64,000 nucleotides of DNA, from contig NW_027254484.1 in the NCBI RefSeq assembly GCF_044704955.1, positions 62,001 through 126,000 of the forward strand, written 5' to 3'. How positions within the stretch are numbered: position 1 is the stretch's first letter; every line of letters begins with the position of its first letter. A program made the position numbers and the translations under genes. The DNA is from Pristiophorus japonicus. Lineage: Eukaryota. Positions 58,597 through 64,000 of the stretch are shown here, one piece after another. A model generated the notes under the pieces. That model was not told the DNA's origin. It saw only the letters and a program-made list of their open reading frames with translations, and made no database searches.

Positions 58597-59197
58597 ACAT
58601 CAGAAATAGGAGCCAGGAGTGGGCCATTCGGCCCCTCGAGCCCTGCTCCGCCATTTAATACCATCGTGGCCTGATCCGATCATGGACCCAGCTCCACTTC
58701 CCTGCCCGCCCCCTTATCGGTTAAGGAACTGTCTATCTCTGTCTTAAATATATTCAATGTCCCGGCTTCCACAGCTCTCTGAGGCAGCGAGTTCCACAGA
58801 TTTACAACCCTCTGAGAGAAGAAATTCCTCCTCATCTCAGTTTTAAATGGGCGGCCCCTTATTCTAAGACCATGCCCCCTAGTTCTAGTCTCCCCCATCA
58901 GTGGGAACATCCTCTCTGCATCCACCTTGTCGAGCCCCCCCCCTCATAATCTGATACGTTTCGATAAGATCGCCTCTCATTCTTCTGAACTCCAATGAGT
59001 AGAGGCCCCAACCTCCTCAACCTTTCCTCATAAGTCAACCCCCTCATCCCCGGAATCGACCGAGTGAACCTTCTCTGAACTGCCTCCAAAGCAAAGTGTG
59101 TCCTTTGGTAAATACGGAGAGCAAAACTGTGCACGCAGTACTCCAGGTGTGGCCTCACCAATACCCTGTGTAACTGGAGCAAGACTTCCCTGCTTTT
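58597..59197 (-). mobile_element. CR1-B LINE 3' fragment
   Basis: Copy of 1185-1782. Confidence 0.88.
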
Positions 59198-59317
59198 GTA
59201 CATACAGGGAATAATACACAAAGATTAAATATTGTTTCCCGATTATCCCAAGTTCCCCAATCGATACAGTCACAGAGATATTAATCGTTGGCGATGAATA
59301 TTTAATCCCAGATTACT

Positions 59318-59353
<36 letters not shown>

Positions 59354-59803
59354 ACTGCCCCAATTGCAGCCTATTGATCTGTTTTAAGATATTTTGAGAT
59401 CGAGTAAACGTACAGGTGGAGAGGCCGCTCCGGATTCCGGGGGATTTCCGGATTCCGGAACGTCGTTGCCTGGGCTGAGGTTGGTGGGGTTGGCCAGCTG
59501 AGGTTAGTGGGGGAGGGGAGAGCGGGGGAGCCGAGGAGGGCGGGGGGGGAGAGTCTGGATTCCGAAACATTCCGAATTTTGGAACTCTGGATTTTAGACG
59601 CTCAAAAATCAATATTGACCCCGGAATATCCCAAGTGCCCCAATTAATATATTTTGAGCTTTATCAATATAGAAGAGTAATATTATGCCCCTGAATAGTT
59701 CCCTCGCTGACTCATTCCCCCGTTGGTGTATTTACAGATAGATTGATGGACAGATATTGATCTCATTCCGTTGATATAAATCTCTCTGTAAATATATTCA
59801 GAT

Positions 59804-60335
59804 ATTGTCCGCATGTTCCCCCCCCGCCCCCCAGACACCAGACTCCCGAAGCGAGCGCTCGACTCGGAACTCCTGCACGGGCGCGCGAGCCCCAAGGTGG
59901 GCAGAGGAAACGTTCTGCAAGGGACACATCCACTCCCCTGATAAAGTGCAACACCCCCTCCCCACCACCGACACCTGGGAGTCCCCCCTGGCCCAAAGAC
60001 CAGTCCACCCCTAAGTGGTGGAAGTGCATCCGGGAGGGCGCCGAGCACCTCGAGTCTCGTCGCCAATTGCGAGCACGCAGAAAGCAAGCGCAAGGCAGCG
60101 GAAGGAGCGTGCGGCAAACCTGTCCCACCCTCCCCTTTCCCTCAACATCTATCTGTCCCACCCTCCCCTTCCCTCAACGTCTATCTGTCTCACCCTCCCC
60201 TTCCCTCAACGTCTATCTGTCTCACCCCGTGACAGGGTCTGCGACTCCCGTATTGGACTATTCAGCCACCTTAGGCCTCGTTTTTAAGAGTGGAAACAAG
60301 TCTTCCTCGATTCCAAGGGGCTGCCTCTAACGATG
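59804..60335 (+). mobile_element. RTE-clade LINE 3' fragment with the shortest minisatellite (~3 units, 60120-60228)
   Basis: Copy of 2386-3172. Confidence 0.8.
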
Positions 60336-60559
60336 AGATATAGACAAGTGATATTAACCCTTATACTCATTCCGTTATATACTCTCTGCCCCAATTTAAA
60401 CAGAGTGAGATATTTTACGATATTTAGACATTAATATTGACTCATTATCCCCAAGTGCTCCGTGTGCGAAGTATGAGATGTATTAAAATACAGACACTAA
60501 TATTAACCCCGTCAATATGCCCTCTCTCACTCACTGCCCCAATTACAGCATAGTTAGAG

Positions 60560-62354
60560 ACACAGAAACATAGAAAATAGGTGCAGGAGCAGGCCATTGG
60601 GCCCTTCGAGCCTGACCCCACCATTCAATATGATCATGGCTGAACATGCAACTTCAGTACCCCACTCCTGCCTTCTCTCCATACCCCCCTGATCCCTTTA
60701 GCCGTAAGGGCCACATCTAACTCCCTTTTGAATATATCCAACGAACTGGCCCCCAACAACTTTCTGTGGTAGAGAATTCCACAGGTTCACAATTCTCTGG
60801 GTGAAGAAGTTTCTCCTTATCTCGGTCCTAAATGGCTTACCCCTTATCCTTAGACTGTGTGAGGCCCTGGTTCTGGACTTCCCCAACATCGGGAACATTC
60901 TTCCTGCATCTAACCTGTCCAGTCCCGTCAGAATTTGACATGTTTCTATGAGATCCCCCTCTCATTCTTCTAAACTCCAGTGAATATAAGCCCAGTCGAT
61001 CCAGTCTTTCTTCATATGTCAGTCCTGCCATCCCGGGAATCAGTCTGGTGAACCTTCGCTGCACTCCCTCAATAGCAAGAATGTCCTTCCTCAGATTAGG
61101 AGACCAAAACTGAACACAATATTCCAGGTGAGGCCTCACCAAGGCCCTGTACAACTGCAGTAAGACCTCTCTGCTCCGATACTCAAATCCTCTCGCTACG
61201 AAGGCCAACATACCATTTGCCTTCTTCACCGCCTGCTGTACCTGCATGGCCAACTTTCAATGACTGATGTCCCATGACACCCAGGTCTCGTTGCACCTCC
61301 CCTTTTCCTAATCTGTCACCATTCAGATAATATTCTGCCTTCCTGTTTTTGCCCCCAAAGTGGATAACCTCACATTTATCCACATTATACTGCATCTGCC
61401 ATGCTTTTGCCCCACTCACCGAACCTGTCCAAGTCACCCTGCAGCCTCTTAGCATCCTCCTCACAGCTCACACCGCCACCCAGCTTAGTGTCATCTGCAA
61501 ACTTGGAGATATTACACTCAATTCCTTCGTCTATATCATTAATGTATATTGTAAATAGCTGGGGTCCCAGCACTGATCCCTGCGGTACCCCACTAGTCAC
61601 TGCCTGCCGTTCTGAAAAGGACCCGTTTATCCCGACTCTCTGCTTCCTGTCTGCCAACCAGTTCTCGATCCCCGTCAGTACATTACCCCCAATACCATGT
61701 GCTTTAATTTTGCATACCAATCTCTTGTGTGGGACCTTGTTAAAAGCCTTTTGTCAGTCCAAATACACCACATCCACTGGTTCTCCCTTGTCCACTCTAC
61801 GAGTTATATCCTCAAAAAATCCCAGAAGATCTTTCAAGCATGATTTCCCTTTCATAAATCCATGTTGACTTGGACCGATCCTGTCCCTGCTTTCCAAATG
61901 CGCTGCTATTTCATCTTTAATAATTGATTCCAACATTTTCCCCACTACTGATGTCAGGCTAACCGGTCTATAATTACCCATTTTCTATCTCCCTCCTTTT
62001 TTAAAAGTGGGGTTACATTAACTACCCTCCAGTCCATAGGGACTGATCCAGAGTCTATCGAATGTTGGAAAATGACCACCAATGCATCCACTTTCTGTGG
62101 TAGAGAATTCCACAGGTTCACAATTCTCTGGGTGAAGAAGTTTCTCCTCATCTCGGTCCTAAGTGGCTTACCCCTTATCCTTAGACTGTGTGAGCCCTGG
62201 TTCTGGACTTCCCCAACATCGGGAACATTCTTCCTGCATCTAAACCTGTCCAGTCCCGTCAGAATTTGACATGTTTCCTATCAGATCCCCCTCTCATCCT
62301 TCTAAACTCCAGCGAATATAAGCCCAGTCGATCCAGTCTCTCCTGATATGTCAG
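60560..62354 (-). mobile_element. CR1-A long form (RT pseudogene)
   Basis: Same RT motifs as 25963-27756. Confidence 0.92.
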
Positions 62355-63197
62355 AAATTAACCCCTCGATGATGTCCTCTCTCACCGGCTGCCCCAATTG
62401 AAGCACAGCGAGCTATTTCGGAGATATATGAATGTAGAAAGATTCATATGGATCCCAGGTTATCCCAAGTGAGATATATTAATATACCGGCAGTAATATT
62501 AACCCTTGAAGGTCACCCTCCCTCACACCTTGCCTCAATTGAGAGAGAGTTGGCGGTATTGAGGTATATATTAATATACAAAGATTAATATTAGTTCCTG
62601 ATGATCCCAAGTGCTATACATGAGATATATTAATATACAAGCAGTAATATTAACCCTTGAAGGTCACCCTCCCTCACACCTTGCCTCAATTTAAGCAAAT
62701 TGAGGAATTTTAAGATATTTCGAGCTCTATGCAAAGAAAAACATTAATATTGCTGCCTGGTGATCGCAAGTGCTATATATGAGATATATTAATATACGGG
62801 CAGTAATATTAAGCCCTCACTGATGCCCTTCCTCCATCCCTGCCCCAATTGAGGGAGTTTTGGAGCTATTTCGAGGCATATTAATGTATAAACAGTAATA
62901 TTGACCCCCAGCCACTTGGCCTCAGTGCCCCAGGGCCCTCTTGCAGCATTTATTCAGGTGCATTGATCCCTGGAGCACCCCACTAGTTACTGATTGCCGA
63001 CCCGAGAATGAACAGTTGTCCCGACTCTCTGTTCTCTGTTAGTGAGCCCATCCTCCATCCGTGCTAATATATTACCCCCAAACCCCGCGAGCTTTTATCC
63101 TGCGCAGTAACCTCTCATGTGGTACTTTATCGAAGGATTGCTCAAACTCCCTTCGGTCACTGAGCAGGGAAGGAGGTTTGGGTCCACTGGGATTCTC

Positions 63198-63955
63198 ACA
63201 TCAGAAATAGGAGCCAGGAGTGGGCCATTCGGCCCCTCGAGCCCTGCTCCGCCATTTAATACGATCGTGGCCTGATCCGATCATGGACCCAGCTCCACTT
63301 ACCTGCCCGCCCCCTTATCGGTTAAGAAACTGTCTATCTCTGTCTTAAATATATTCAATGTCCCGGCTTCCACAGCTCTCTGAGGCAGCGAGTTCCACAG
63401 ATTTACAACCCTCAGAGAGAAGAAATTCCTCCTCATCTCAGTTTTAAATGGGCGGCCCCTTATTCTAAGACCATGCCCCCTAGTTCTAGTCTCCCCCATC
63501 AGTGGGAACATCCTCTCTGCATCCACCTTGTAGAGCCCCCCTCATAATCTGATATGTTTCGATAAGATCACCTCTCATTCTTCTGAACTCCAATGAGTAG
63601 AGGCCCAACCTCCTCAACCTTTCCTCATAAGTCAACCCCCTCATCCCCGGAATCGACCGAGTGAACCTTCTCTGAACTGCCTCCAAAGCAAAGTGTGTCC
63701 TTTGGTAAATACGGAGAGCAAAACTGTGCACGCAGTACTCCAGGTGTGGCCTCACCGATACCCTGTGTAACTGGAGCAAGACTTCCCTGCTTTTATACTC
63801 CATCCCCCTTTGCAATAAAGACCAAGATACCATTGGCCCTTCCTGATCACTTGCTGTACCTGCGTACTAACCTTTTGTGTTTCATGTACAAGTAACCCCC
63901 AGGTCCCGCTGTACTGCCGCACTTTGTAATCTTTCTCCGTTTAAATAATCGCTTC
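63198..63955 (-). mobile_element. CR1-B, 5'-extended form (lead-in to a probable third ZNF block)
   Basis: Matches 9944-10700 and continues into the block-specific sequence CCAGAGGCTCCATTCAGCTCACCAGGCAAT. Confidence 0.88.
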
Positions 63956-64000
63956 CTTCTTCTCTCGCAACCAGAGGCTCCATTCAGCTCACCAGGCAAT

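Larger units (their letters stand above)
1..64000. repeat. Complex macrosatellite array, ~13 monomers of ~3.0-5.0 kb, with interspersed ZNF-bearing blocks
   Basis: The marker GAGTCTGGATTCCGAAACATTCC recurs at ~2133, 5653, 16170, 19790, 24755, 29701, 32689, 36533, 41250, 50031, 54610 and 59551 with the same order of sub-elements and visibly near-identical sequence. Confidence 0.97.

Overview
Eukaryotic, repeat-dominated vertebrate DNA; the LINE content suggests a cartilaginous fish (inference). Almost the whole window is one complex macrosatellite of about 13 head-to-tail monomers of ~3.0-5.0 kb. Each monomer has an old ~150-bp AT-rich satellite backbone interrupted by a possible Tigger/pogo-like MITE remnant, a + strand RTE-clade LINE 3' fragment containing an expanded 32/33-bp G-quadruplex-motif minisatellite, and - strand CR1-clade LINE fragments, one of which occurs in three length states. 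Twice (about 10.7-16.2 kb and 44.7-50.0 kb) the array carries a ~5.4-kb GC/CpG-rich block. That block holds an intact single-ORF C2H2 zinc-finger gene (1037 and 996 aa, ~20 fingers, no KRAB/BTB/SET domain recognised) with a canonical poly(A) site. The diagnostic lead-in to a probable third block begins at the right edge. The two ZNF copies have near-identical fingers and differ mainly in two in-frame coding VNTRs (27 bp and 42 bp). The 42-bp VNTR is also an array of 12-13 perfect NRF1 consensus palindromes (TGCGCATGCGCA). No tRNA, rRNA, snRNA or CRISPR array was recognised. All coordinates were read by eye and may be off by a few bases; family assignments come from motif recognition, not database searches.
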